A stretch of 64,000 nt of DNA from Candidatus Fermentibacterota bacterium (GCA_030609965.1 JAUWSQ010000002.1:1395-65394); one strand, 5' to 3'. Positions 1 through 9,983 are shown, counted from the stretch's first letter. Notes: generated from the sequence alone by a model not told the origin. Numbers and translations are program-made.

Positions 1-1
1 A

Positions 2-735
2 AAACTTGACCGTGAGATTGAGAGCGATGTCTTTCGGCTTGCGGATGAACTTGAAAACCCGCGCTGCATCGTAATGGCAGATAAGGGATGGCATCGCGGA
101 GTAATCGGTATAGTTGCGTCAAGACTTGTTTCTAAATACGGTGTGCCATCCATCATGATATCGATCGATAATGATTATGGCTACGGTTCTGCGCGAAGCG
201 TTCCGGGGATTCCAATATTTTCAATTCTGAACGGCCTGCAGGCCGAACACCGGATTATGGACAGTCTCGGAGGTCACCCGATGGCCGCTGGCTTCAGGAT
301 TTCAGAAGATAGAATTCCTTTTCTGAGAGAAAAGCTGAACTCCGTTCTTGCAGGAGATGAATGGAATGCGCATCTGGGTTCGGTACTGTACATAGATGGA
401 AAACTAGAGGAACAGGATTACAATGCCGAAACGTTCAGATATCTGGAAATGCTGGAACCGTTCGGTGAGGGCAACAGAAAACCAGTCTGGCTGGCAAGGG
501 GAGCCTACCCTGTCCGGTGGAGGGCTGTCGGAAAAATGCGGATCACCTCAGCTGCACTTTCAGGATCGGTTCATGTGATTACAGCGCCATAGGCTTCAGC
601 ATGGTAAACAAACAGTCAATGTTCAACGGCAGGGTTGATCTCGCGTTCACCCTTGACCTTAATACATACCGCGGGGATGGGAGTATACAGCTTATCCTCA
701 AGGACATACGTCGGCATAGGGAGGTTCCTGAATGA
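2..735 (+). CDS. recJ: Single-stranded-DNA-specific exonuclease RecJ, C-terminal part. The 5' end lies outside the window and the reading frame breaks at 532-536.
   Basis: Frame 2 is open from nt 2 and reads KGWHRGVIGIVASRLVSKYGVPSIMIS...GGHPMAAGF, a RecJ DHHA1-type block. The conserved C-terminal tail (HLSCTFRIGSCDYSAIGFSM...DLAFTLDLNTYRGDGSIQLILKDIR) continues in frame 1 (517..735). The stop overlaps the dinG start as ATGA. Confidence 0.8.
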
Positions 736-2642
736 ACCTTACAGATATGATTGAGAATGTATTCACGGGGAATGTTCTTACGCAAAGCATTCCGGAATAC
801 TCAACAAGACAGCAGCAGGTAAAATTCGCCCGGGCAGTGGGTTCCGCCATGGATTCAGGTGGCATTTATCTTTTTGAGGCCGGTACAGGAATAGGCAAGA
901 GCCTTGCTTATATTATTCCCGCCATCCTCTCCGGTAGAAAAATATTCGTGTCCACCGCCACGATTACGCTCCAGGACCAGCTGGCCAATAAGGATGCCCC
1001 GGCTGTGCTATCGGCACTGAATTCGGATGCCATGGTCAGTGTGCTGAAGGGGCGAAATAACTATCTGTGCCTGAGGAAATGGAAATCGGGCAGTCCTTCG
1101 TTTAAGATGGAAAGCGATTTCGAAAAATGGGCTGATTACACTGAAGACGGTGATATCTCATCATTTTCTGAAGAGATACCCTCAGCAGTATGGAGGCATT
1201 TCAGGTCTGATCACCTGGATTGCACCGGTTCTTCCTGCCGCTTCAGGGGTGCCTGTCATTTCTTCAGCGCCAGAAATCAGGCCAGAAAATCGGATATTCT
1301 GATTCTGAATCATCACCTGCTGGTATCGGGATTGATGGCTGATGAGGTTCTGCCCGGAGCGGATGTCCTCGTAATAGATGAGGGACATCGCCTCGAGGAT
1401 GCAGCCAGCGAGTGTATGGGGCTCACGCTCAGTGAAGGTATGCTTCTGCCCATTTTTGACGGAATTGCATTCAGCGAGATAGATATGGAGAGAAAGGCTG
1501 CACTTCTCGAGAAGACCAGGCTTCTTTCAGCGGTTATATCTGACCTGACCGACGGTATAAAAGAGACATCCGTATGGGATCCTGTAGAGCACCTTGAAGG
1601 GCTTGAAGAAGTTGCGGTAACTGCAAAGCAGCTTGCCGCGGATTCTGAGAAAATGGAGGAACTGCTGCCGGTATCACAGACCGCCTCCGCAGTGGCATTT
1701 TCTGCAGGGAAATTCAGGGAGCTGAGTACAGAGGAATACTGCTGCTTCGTTGAAACAGGAAGAAAACATCCAATTCTGAAAGCTGTTCCCCTCGATATCG
1801 GACCGGACCTGATGGATACCGTTTATTCGAGGTTCGATACCACAATCCTGACCTCAGCTACACTTACCGTTGCGGATGAATTCGATTTCTTCCGTAACAG
1901 GCTGGGGGCATGGGATGCCAGTGTAAAGAGCTTTGGAAGCCCATTCGATTACACCTCACAGGCGATTCTTTCGATACCTGACAACCTTCCAGCGCATGAT
2001 TCCCATGAAGATCTCGCCATGGTTGTATGGAAGTGGGGCAGAAGGCTTGCGGAGGTTCTGGACGGAAGGACACTCATGCTGTTTACCAGTTACAGGAATC
2101 TGAAGCTGGTAAAACGAATCGCGGAGAAAGAACTTCCCCCCGACGTAAAACTATTTACTCAGGGTGATATGTCCCGGAGCAGCATACTCAGGGATTTCAG
2201 GGAATGCAGCAGGGCAATCATTCTTGGCACTTCCTCTTTCTGGGAAGGTGTTGATCTGCCAGGAAGTATGCTCCAGGCGGTTATCATCGACAGGCTCCCC
2301 TTCGCTTCCCCGGGGCATCCGCTTATCAGAGCCAGAATGGACCTGATCGAAAAACTGGGAGGAAGCTCATTCGGACAGTACTCCCTGCCGTTTGCCGCTG
2401 TGCGGCTGAAACAGGGGGTAGGCAGATTGATCAGATCACTCGACGATATGGGAGTAGTAATGATCATGGATAGAAGGATAATAACCAAGAACTACGGCAA
2501 AGTATTCCTCAGGTCCATTCCTCCCTTTAAGGTAGTGCCCGAAGATCAGGTTATGGATTTTGTCATGGAACACTGTTCCTCCTCCGGTGTATCATCAGTG
2601 GAAAACGCACAGGAAGGGCCGAATGATGGAAAAGTACTCTGA
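732..2642 (+). CDS. dinG: DinG/Rad3-family ATP-dependent DNA helicase with Fe-S cluster cysteines
   Basis: Walker A is GTGIGKSLAY and the DEAH-type box is VIDEGHRLED. Cysteines are spaced NNYLC...C-x4-C-x5-C (HLDCTGSSCRFRGAC), as in the DinG/XPD Fe-S domain. The C-terminal helicase block reads SFWEGVDLPG...IDRLPF. Confidence 0.85.
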   Translation: MNLTDMIENVFTGNVLTQSIPEYSTRQQQVKFARAVGSAMDSGGIYLFEAGTGIGKSLAYIIPAILSGRKIFVSTATITLQDQLANKDAPAVLSALNSDAMVSVLKGRNNYLCLRKWKSGSPSFKMESDFEKWADYTEDGDISSFSEEIPSAVWRHFRSDHLDCTGSSCRFRGACHFFSARNQARKSDILILNHHLLVSGLMADEVLPGADVLVIDEGHRLEDAASECMGLTLSEGMLLPIFDGIAFSEIDMERKAALLEKTRLLSAVISDLTDGIKETSVWDPVEHLEGLEEVAVTAKQLAADSEKMEELLPVSQTASAVAFSAGKFRELSTEEYCCFVETGRKHPILKAVPLDIGPDLMDTVYSRFDTTILTSATLTVADEFDFFRNRLGAWDASVKSFGSPFDYTSQAILSIPDNLPAHDSHEDLAMVVWKWGRRLAEVLDGRTLMLFTSYRNLKLVKRIAEKELPPDVKLFTQGDMSRSSILRDFRECSRAIILGTSSFWEGVDLPGSMLQAVIIDRLPFASPGHPLIRARMDLIEKLGGSSFGQYSLPFAAVRLKQGVGRLIRSLDDMGVVMIMDRRIITKNYGKVFLRSIPPFKVVPEDQVMDFVMEHCSSSGVSSVENAQEGPNDGKVL

Positions 2643-2771
2643 AACACCTGATAAGGGAAGCACTCACAATGGATAAGGACAGGTGCTTGCCTGAAATTAT
2701 CTATAGTGCAATATTTGCCATCTACTTTACTGTGCTATTCGTAACAATGCATTTCCTGCATCATCTGCTTT

Positions 2772-4349
2772 ATGGAGGATAGAATGATGAGAATTATGTT
2801 TGCGACAGTATGCCTTACCCTGATCGCCTGCGGTATCGCGGTTGCGCAGGGGGATGGGGAAGCGATAAGAATCGGCATAGTACCGTTCGGTTACAGCGGT
2901 TCTGATGCTCGATGGGTCAGTAATAAACTTTGCGATACTCTTAAGGATATTTTTGAGGATAGTCCCGAATATACCTTCATCTCAAAGGATGATCTCGAAG
3001 ACGCGTTTGAAGATCTGGGCTTCAATCCATCCGATTTCGAGTATGGTGTGCCGCCAGACTTCGTGGTGGATGCCGGTATTGCTCTCGGAGCGGAAATGAT
3101 ACTCTACGGTAATGTTACTCCTTCAGGAGATGAACTTCAGGTTTACTGGAATATCAGTATTCCTGCATCCGGTAACACTATAAATGCGGATCCCGCGCTG
3201 GTTCCAAAGAACACAGATCCGGTGAAGGAGCTTGCAGCAAGCATGGTCACAGATCTTTCTGAGCTTATCAGCGGTAGAACCCAGCAGGCATTGGATCAGG
3301 CTGCGTTCAGTATCCATATGCAGAACTGGTCTATGGCTATCATGTTCCTGAATCAGGCGTTATCCGTTGACCCATCTCTGCTGGATGCAAAATTCCAGCT
3401 TGCAAGTGTCTATCTTGAAGCAGATGTGGATTCCGTAGATAAGGCTCTCGAGGTTTACGAGGACATTCTCGCTGAAGATGAAATGAACCCTGCGGCTCTC
3501 ACCGGTATAGGGAAGGTCTACCTTGCCAATGATGACCCCGCTACTGCCAGGACATATTTTGAGAATGCTGTTGACATAGATCCTGAGAATGCGGATGCCT
3601 ATCTGGGGCTCGCGGAAGCTTACCAGGCACTTGGAGAGATCGATCAGGCAATTGCCAGTTTCGAGACAGCTCTTGAAAGCAATCCTGAAAATTTATCCAT
3701 CAAGTTCCCCCTGAGTCTTCTCTATTACCAGACGGAGGAATACTCCAAGGCAATACCGTATATGGAGGAAATACTTGCTGTCAGCAGCAGCATGAACGGA
3801 CTCAGGCAGCGCCTTATTCAATCCTACATTAAAGTAGCTGATTACGGTAATGCCGCGGACCACGCGGTTGTATATCTGGAATCGGATCCGGATAACGCAC
3901 AGAAGATTCTATATACTGCCCAGGTTGAAGCATGGGCCGGCAGAACCTCCAGCGCTGTAACACGTCTGGAATCTCTTATCTCCAGCACGGGGAACCGGGA
4001 AGCGTATATACTTCTTGCAACGATATACAGAGACAGCGGGCAGCGGAGTTCAATGCAGAATGTATTTTCCCGCCTCAGCAATGCCTATCCGAATGATCCG
4101 CTCGCCAATTACATGATGGGTGCATTCTACTACCAGAGCGGTTCAACCAAGGCTCGGATATCGGAACTTGTTTCTGATAACATTCCCGTCTGGCAGAGTG
4201 CAATAAGCGATCTGAACACTGCAATATCATATCTTTCACATGTAACAGGCTACAGAGCAGGCAGTGCCCAGACCATGATTTCAGCAGCCAACAATTCCAT
4301 CTCTCTCTGTGAGGAGAAGATCGACAGGGTCGAGAGGTACAGTCAGTAA
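2772..4349 (+). CDS. TPR-repeat lipoprotein or secreted protein
   Basis: The signal peptide has a lipobox-like LIAC|G. Multiple TPR-like repeats are present (ALTGIGKVYLANDDPATARTYFENAVDIDPENADAYLGLAEAYQALGEIDQAIASFETALESNPEN). Confidence 0.7.
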   Translation: MEDRMMRIMFATVCLTLIACGIAVAQGDGEAIRIGIVPFGYSGSDARWVSNKLCDTLKDIFEDSPEYTFISKDDLEDAFEDLGFNPSDFEYGVPPDFVVDAGIALGAEMILYGNVTPSGDELQVYWNISIPASGNTINADPALVPKNTDPVKELAASMVTDLSELISGRTQQALDQAAFSIHMQNWSMAIMFLNQALSVDPSLLDAKFQLASVYLEADVDSVDKALEVYEDILAEDEMNPAALTGIGKVYLANDDPATARTYFENAVDIDPENADAYLGLAEAYQALGEIDQAIASFETALESNPENLSIKFPLSLLYYQTEEYSKAIPYMEEILAVSSSMNGLRQRLIQSYIKVADYGNAADHAVVYLESDPDNAQKILYTAQVEAWAGRTSSAVTRLESLISSTGNREAYILLATIYRDSGQRSSMQNVFSRLSNAYPNDPLANYMMGAFYYQSGSTKARISELVSDNIPVWQSAISDLNTAISYLSHVTGYRAGSAQTMISAANNSISLCEEKIDRVERYSQ

Positions 4350-4375
4350 ACATCACTGAAGATACCGCTATCAGT

Positions 4376-4408
4376 AATCGCCGGTCTGATCTGATCAGAT
4401 CGGCGATT
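4376..4408. terminator. Near-perfect 33-nt palindrome between convergent genes; possible bidirectional terminator
   Basis: aatcgccggtctgatc-t-gatcagatcggcgatt forms 16-nt arms with one mismatch. It lies between the TPR gene stop (4349) and the end of the minus-strand gene (4444). There is no clear U-tract on either side. Confidence 0.4.
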
Positions 4409-4443
4409 CACTGATATACCGCTGTATCCGGGATCGCACGAAC

Positions 4444-6027
4444 TTACAAACTGCCCATAGACACCATTTTCTCCTGCTGCAGGGATATGTTTTCAAGTAT
4501 ATCAACGATATCCGGGTCGTATATCAGACCAGTTCTTCGCTTAAGTTCGAGAATGGCGTCATCAACTGACTGGTTTGACAGATTTGCTGCGAAATTGCTC
4601 GCAACCGAGAGTATTCGCGCTATAGCGGGTATTGATTTTCCACTGAGCTTGTCCGGTTTGCCTGAGCCATCGTAGTTCTCAGTCATGTGTCTTATTCCCT
4701 TGACTACCTCGGGGGGGAGCAGGAACTGTGTTCTTGCGGGATCCGATGTAGAGAAGGCTTCGAGCCGGTCTTCCTCGACCTTTTCCAGAATTGCAGCCGT
4801 GAGATGGAGCATGGCGGACATTTCAAGATCATCAAGCGCATCGACTGTCATTCCCATTTCACGTCCTATCTCTCTTGCAATATCAGCAACAATTCTGCTG
4901 TAACCGGCCTGTCTGCTGTCTGACATATCCAGTGAGTACACCATTGCCTCAAGGCACTTCCAGGCACTCTTGACCACACTGATCCTCATTTCAAGGTTTT
5001 TCAGCACTGTCTCCGTCTGAAGTACAAATATCTCAATACGTTCATTATCAAGCCTCGTTTTTGGAGAAGGCCAGACTTCAAGAAGAAGACCCTCTTCTCC
5101 CTGTCGCGATATGGGGGCATTTCTGGAGGCTTCATAACCGGTGGGATATGTCATGGAGATGTTCTTCCAGGTTACTCTGACAGCGAACGTTTCAGCGGCC
5201 CGATACAGAAAGTTTGCAAGGATACTCAGAGCTTCGATAGGAGAATCCAGACCGGTGAGGATTTCGGAATGCTTGCCCAGCTCGTTCTCAAGAAATCTTG
5301 TTCTGGAGTACGAGCATCTTGCTCTATCCAGAAGTAATGAGAGGCCGGTCTGGATAATCAGAATAGTTGTAAGCACGGCGATCAGATTCCATTCCCATAC
5401 GTTTGAGGAAGGGACTTTTGTCTGAACCGCTGCCGGGAGAAGAAAAAGGATGAAAAGCCCCGGGTAAGCAGCGGATTTGACATTATTTCTGAAAGTCTGC
5501 TTCAAGCCTTTTGTTCCTGAAAACTCAATTATGGACTGGAAGAATTGATTCAGGAACACAGCAAGTATCGCCGAACCCGAAAGTGCTGCTGCAGTCAGAT
5601 AAATACTTTCAAAAATACCCGTACGGAAGTGCTGAAGGATGAAAGTTGTGATCCGAAGTGAAAGAAGAGAGAGAAGCATGAATTTCATTGAGCGGATGAA
5701 GCAGTTTCTGTTTGATTCCCCTGTTCTGACTGTATGGATGAGCATTCCAATAAAGAGAGCCAGACTGAAGCCGATTTCCTGCAGGAAGGTATATCCGGTC
5801 AGAGCCATGTATCCCTGGAAAACAGGGAACAGAGTAACCTGATATCCTACTGTTCTGCGGCTCTGCATAGATATCGTGTATATAAGCCCGATCCAAATGC
5901 AGAAAAGCATGAAGTATTCGTTAACTCCCGGAAGCGATATGTGAATTACAGGTACCCACAGTATAAGCAGGATCAGAGCAGCTCCTGTGAACAGGGTTAA
6001 TCCGCTGTCGTTTTCATTCGCTTTCAT
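4444..6027 (-). CDS. Polytopic membrane protein with a degenerate (probably inactive) HD-GYP domain
   Basis: The N-terminal half has multiple hydrophobic helices. The C-terminal domain aligns to HD-GYP, but LHDIGK is replaced by LHLTAA, HHERxDGxGYP by HMTENYDGSGKP, and ADxFDA by ASNFAA. I place the start at the ATG at 6027 (MKANEN), which overlaps the upstream stop as ATGA. Confidence 0.6.
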   Translation of the reverse strand: MKANENDSGLTLFTGAALILLILWVPVIHISLPGVNEYFMLFCIWIGLIYTISMQSRRTVGYQVTLFPVFQGYMALTGYTFLQEIGFSLALFIGMLIHTVRTGESNRNCFIRSMKFMLLSLLSLRITTFILQHFRTGIFESIYLTAAALSGSAILAVFLNQFFQSIIEFSGTKGLKQTFRNNVKSAAYPGLFILFLLPAAVQTKVPSSNVWEWNLIAVLTTILIIQTGLSLLLDRARCSYSRTRFLENELGKHSEILTGLDSPIEALSILANFLYRAAETFAVRVTWKNISMTYPTGYEASRNAPISRQGEEGLLLEVWPSPKTRLDNERIEIFVLQTETVLKNLEMRISVVKSAWKCLEAMVYSLDMSDSRQAGYSRIVADIAREIGREMGMTVDALDDLEMSAMLHLTAAILEKVEEDRLEAFSTSDPARTQFLLPPEVVKGIRHMTENYDGSGKPDKLSGKSIPAIARILSVASNFAANLSNQSVDDAILELKRRTGLIYDPDIVDILENISLQQEKMVSMGSL

Positions 6028-7652
6028 GCCATGCTCGCGTTCTCGTCCGAGAGAATCGCTTCGAGGGCGCACACGATTCTGGAATCGAATTTACTGCCCA
6101 TTTCCTCTCTTATGGCTTCAATGGCGGATTCCCGCCCGGATATTGAGTGGTACGATCTGTCACTTGTTATTGCGTCAAAAGTATCCGCTACCGCAACGAT
6201 TCTAGCCATAAACGGGATATCACCATTGCTCAACCCATCAGGATATCCCTTCCCATCAAGCCGTTCATGATGGCTTCTGATTATTCTGGTTACCTCTTCG
6301 TAACCTGATAACCCTGAGACGATCCTTGCCCCTTCCACAGGATGAGCTTCCACAATCTCCCGTTCTTTCCTGGTCAGCAGACCTCTTTTAGTAAGAATTG
6401 CGGCTGGTATTGCCAGTTTTCCAATGTCGTGGAGTATTGCAGCGACCCGCAGGGTCTGAATGTTCTCCGGTGAAAGATGCAGGGATCTTCCGAGAGAGCA
6501 TGAAAGGCCTGCAACTCTCAGCGAATGCCCGTGTGTATAATCATCTTTGGAATCAGCAAGCCTTGCCAGCGTCACCGCGGCAGCCAGAAATGACCTGGAG
6601 CTTCGCAGAGAATGCCCTACGGCTTCCCATGTATGACCAAGAAGAAGAACAAGATTCTCAAGAAGGCTTTGCGGCATACTCTGAAGAATATTCTGCTCAG
6701 GACCGGAAAGCAGTATTATCAGATCCCGGCCTTCCGATAACCCCAGGGCTGTTCCGAAGATATCGTTTGCGGTGAAGTTCCCGGTAAATTTTCCTTTTGC
6801 AGGAAATGTACCATTTATACTGGATTCACTAAGACCAGATTGCTCATCGGGACTCCACAGAACCCAGTCGTAAGACCCTGAAGATTTTGTGAGAGCCCGG
6901 ATACTGCTGCCGGAGTAGTTGAAGAGGTTATCCTGAAGTATGGTGAGAAACTCGCCGTATGAAGAAGATTCCATCAGACGGGTAGCCAATCTGTCCTGAC
7001 TGCTTATCTCTTCTATCCTCTGTGTATTCCACAGATGTTTTCTGTTTATAGACCTTCCGAGGAACGAGAATCCGGTCAATCCTGCAAATGCAAGTACTGC
7101 TCCGAATATGTCTTCATGGATTACCATGATAAGGGTCATTATTGAAAGGGGTAGCGCGGCTATGTACGAAATAAGCACAACTGCTGAAAGCATACCGAAA
7201 TCCGAGCCCTTTTTTAAGAATGCAGTGTTGATGATTACATCGATGAAAATCAGAACAGGCAGAACTGAAATAATCGCCACCTGGTCCTGCACTCCGGGCT
7301 GAAATTTCTGATAGAGTGCGGGAACGTACTCAAGCAGAGCAACCATAGTAATGCCGGTCACGATATATCGCCAGAACTCCCTGCCTGAAGTTGTACTTCG
7401 AAGAGCGATACCAGCCAGAATTGAACCAAGAGCAAAATAAACGGTTGGACCCTGTGGCCGGAGAAAGAAAAGAGATAAAATGAAAACTCTGTTCAGTGAG
7501 AATTCGAACATAGGTGAGGTCAGCAGAGGCAGCCCACCTGTCAGGGCGCTACCAATTGCCAGTATTACCAGAGGTATCAGGGAATCCTGCACTGTTACAG
7601 TCACTGTTTCAAAACCGATGTTACCGAGAATGATGGTTATTTGATCAATCAT
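6024..7652 (-). CDS. Membrane-bound HD-GYP domain c-di-GMP phosphodiesterase (7TM-type N-terminus)
   Basis: Canonical motifs are present: HGHSLRVA, AAILHDIGKLAIP, HHERLDGKGYPDGL and VAVADTFDAITSDRSYH. The N-terminus has multiple TM helices. I place the start at 7652 (MIDQ), which overlaps the stop of the upstream CAP gene as ATGA. Confidence 0.8.
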   Translation of the reverse strand: MIDQITIILGNIGFETVTVTVQDSLIPLVILAIGSALTGGLPLLTSPMFEFSLNRVFILSLFFLRPQGPTVYFALGSILAGIALRSTTSGREFWRYIVTGITMVALLEYVPALYQKFQPGVQDQVAIISVLPVLIFIDVIINTAFLKKGSDFGMLSAVVLISYIAALPLSIMTLIMVIHEDIFGAVLAFAGLTGFSFLGRSINRKHLWNTQRIEEISSQDRLATRLMESSSYGEFLTILQDNLFNYSGSSIRALTKSSGSYDWVLWSPDEQSGLSESSINGTFPAKGKFTGNFTANDIFGTALGLSEGRDLIILLSGPEQNILQSMPQSLLENLVLLLGHTWEAVGHSLRSSRSFLAAAVTLARLADSKDDYTHGHSLRVAGLSCSLGRSLHLSPENIQTLRVAAILHDIGKLAIPAAILTKRGLLTRKEREIVEAHPVEGARIVSGLSGYEEVTRIIRSHHERLDGKGYPDGLSNGDIPFMARIVAVADTFDAITSDRSYHSISGRESAIEAIREEMGSKFDSRIVCALEAILSDENASMA

Positions 7653-8686
7653 TCGCAATTCACTCCAGATGCGAATATCTGAACCATAACCAGCTGCCAT
7701 TCATACTCGGAGGAATCCACTGCTCCGGATACTCCCGTATGTGTATAAATTTCAGACATGCAGGTTTGAAGATGGAATGGACTGATGAGGATCATGGACC
7801 ATGCCTCCTGGTACCCTCTTCCTTTTCCAATGTTTTCTCCATACACTGAAATGCCTTCCGGAAGAATCTCTGCCAGACTGCCTGTATTCAGACCGAAATG
7901 TGAAAAAGAAGCGGAAAAAGCGAGGTTTCCAGCTCTTATCGAAGCCAGGCTATCAAGAATTACGCTTGATTCCAGAGTCGGGATTCCTCTGTTTCGCCTG
8001 ATAGTGTTCAATTCTTGAAGTATTTCGGAGGGGCTGTCAGCCATGGAAACAGGTATATCGATGGTTCCCCTGAATACATCTTCTGATGTTCCTCCTGCAA
8101 TAACGGGAAAGAGCAGTTGGATAGAGGGTCCCGACGCTGTCTGCTGCATGACCTCTACCCAGTAGACCCCCTTCACAGGAGTACTGAATGCAAACCTGCC
8201 GGTCGAATCCGGATTTATCTCAATAACTTCCAGATTTGGGGTACTTACGGCTGTTCGGGGTTCATGCAGCAATTCATACCCGTCAAGATTGAATACCGCC
8301 AGGGAACCGATTTGTACTGCGGGTACCATATTGGAAGGGAGGCATATGGACTCCGGAGCTGTAATCAGGAGAACATCGCCTCCTGGAGTCCAGAGAGCAG
8401 AACCAAAATATCTCCATATTCCCGTAGTATCCGAAATGATTGAATTCAGTTCATCACTGTCCCCCGGCAGAATTCTCACACCGGAAAGAAGACTGAACCA
8501 GTTATTTGAAGCTGCGAGAACGAGCAATTCCCCACCTGAAGGAATGTACCCTATTGATGATATATCAGAGGCCAGGCTATCCAGATATGGAATACGCTGT
8601 GGAGGCACGTTCGCTTCTGCCGACCACGGACAGATGAATATGCATATTATAGCTGTTGTGCAGAAACTGGTTCTCATGGATTTCAT
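7649..8686 (-). CDS. Secreted protein with a C-terminal CAP/SCP (YkwD-like) domain
   Basis: An N-terminal signal peptide is present (TAIICIFICPWSAEA). The C-terminal block LNTIRRNRGIPTL...FSHF...YGENIGKGRGYQEAWSMILISPFHLQTCMSEIYTHTGV matches my recalled CAP-domain pattern. Confidence 0.55.
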   Translation of the reverse strand: MKSMRTSFCTTAIICIFICPWSAEANVPPQRIPYLDSLASDISSIGYIPSGGELLVLAASNNWFSLLSGVRILPGDSDELNSIISDTTGIWRYFGSALWTPGGDVLLITAPESICLPSNMVPAVQIGSLAVFNLDGYELLHEPRTAVSTPNLEVIEINPDSTGRFAFSTPVKGVYWVEVMQQTASGPSIQLLFPVIAGGTSEDVFRGTIDIPVSMADSPSEILQELNTIRRNRGIPTLESSVILDSLASIRAGNLAFSASFSHFGLNTGSLAEILPEGISVYGENIGKGRGYQEAWSMILISPFHLQTCMSEIYTHTGVSGAVDSSEYEWQLVMVQIFASGVNCE

Positions 8687-8735
8687 TATACTTGAAAAAT
8701 ACTATCTATCGCTTAAAAGGAAAGAGGGCTCTTCT

Positions 8736-9983
8736 ATGAAAATACTCCTTGTCCAGTCGCCCACTGGCCGTCCCGAGACTCCAATCTATCCAATTGGACT
8801 GGCTTTCATCGCCGGACAGCTTCCGCATCATGAGCTGAAGGGGCTGGACCTGAGCCTGAACAATGACTTTAAAGCACTCCTCAGCGATGCGATTGAATCA
8901 TTCCTTCCAGATATCATTGCTGTCTCCCTGAGAAATATTGATGATAGCTCCTACCCGGTCACATACTCCTATATAGATCCGTTTTCTGAGATAATTGATG
9001 TTCTGGAATTATGGGAAGGAATCGTGATAGCCGGAGGTACAGGATTCTCGATCTATCCGGAAATCATCATGGAGCGGTTTCCCAGGATCAATTATGGAAT
9101 CCCCGGTGAGGGAGAAGGAATACTCCCTGAGCTGATCGATCACCTTGAGAAGGGCATCGCAATAGAAGGCTGGAGCGAGGGAAGGATGCTTCCCTGGAAA
9201 CAGGCAGATCTGGGCAGGATATCACCTCCGGATTACAGGTTCATCGATATTTCCAGATATACATTCCCGGATTCGTTTGGTGTACAAAGCAGAAGAGGCT
9301 GCGCATTCAACTGCAGTTACTGTACGTACAGCTATTTAAGCGGATCAGGTTTCAGGTTGAGACCTGTGGAGAAGGTTATCGGGGACATTAGGGAACTCGA
9401 ACGTCTGGGAATTTCCCAATTTTCGTTTGTCGATTCGGTTTTTAACGCTCCGGAGGATTACTTCGAAGAACTGCTTTCGGCCCTTGAGGAATCTGAATGC
9501 CGAATATCCTGGAGCGCCTGGCTTGATCAGAATGTGACCAGGTCTCAGCTTATGAGAATGAAGGCTGCCGGTGCAGTGAAGGTGGATTTTTCTCCCGACG
9601 CCATAACCGATAAGGGCCTGAAGAAACTTGCCAAGAGGGGGAAGGCTGCGGATCTGCTGCCGGCTGTCAAATCCGCGCGGAGGGCGGGACTTCAGGTGGG
9701 GATTAACTTTTTCAATGGTAATCCCGGTGAAGGGTTCTGGGCTTTTCTCAGAAAAATATGCTTCATGTTCAGGGTCAGATTCATTCTCGGCTGGAAATCT
9801 ACATTCGTGAATATCGGTACCATAAGGGTATATGCTCATTCTCCACTTGCTGGATATATGATTCGAAAAGGCATAGTAAACGAAGACTGTACTTTTTTTG
9901 AGCCTATGTTCTATAGATCACGCGGTCCGGGTGATTGGATGTACAGGTTGTTCCAGAAAGTGCGGAGAATAAGACATGGGTAG
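8736..9983 (+). CDS. B12-binding-domain radical SAM protein
   Basis: The start is ATG 8736, preceded by aaaggaaagaggg. The N-terminal MKILLVQSP...IYPIGLAFIAG...DIIAVSLRNIDD resembles a cobalamin-binding fold. The CxxxCxxC cluster reads RRGCAFNCSYCTY. The 447 nt of the tracked ORF upstream of this start are antisense to the CAP gene. Confidence 0.75.
   Translation: MKILLVQSPTGRPETPIYPIGLAFIAGQLPHHELKGLDLSLNNDFKALLSDAIESFLPDIIAVSLRNIDDSSYPVTYSYIDPFSEIIDVLELWEGIVIAGGTGFSIYPEIIMERFPRINYGIPGEGEGILPELIDHLEKGIAIEGWSEGRMLPWKQADLGRISPPDYRFIDISRYTFPDSFGVQSRRGCAFNCSYCTYSYLSGSGFRLRPVEKVIGDIRELERLGISQFSFVDSVFNAPEDYFEELLSALEESECRISWSAWLDQNVTRSQLMRMKAAGAVKVDFSPDAITDKGLKKLAKRGKAADLLPAVKSARRAGLQVGINFFNGNPGEGFWAFLRKICFMFRVRFILGWKSTFVNIGTIRVYAHSPLAGYMIRKGIVNEDCTFFEPMFYRSRGPGDWMYRLFQKVRRIRHG

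Noticed and set aside
517-735. A separate 72-aa gene after recJ.
   Set aside because: Its sequence is the conserved C-terminal tail of RecJ in a shifted frame, so it is part of recJ and not an independent gene.
8289-8735. The N-terminal 149 codons of the 564-aa tracked ORF, which would extend the radical SAM protein upstream.
   Set aside because: This stretch is antisense to the CAP-domain gene and has no radical-SAM or B12-domain similarity. A good ribosome-binding site and ATG at 8736 start the recognisable MKILLVQSP... domain.
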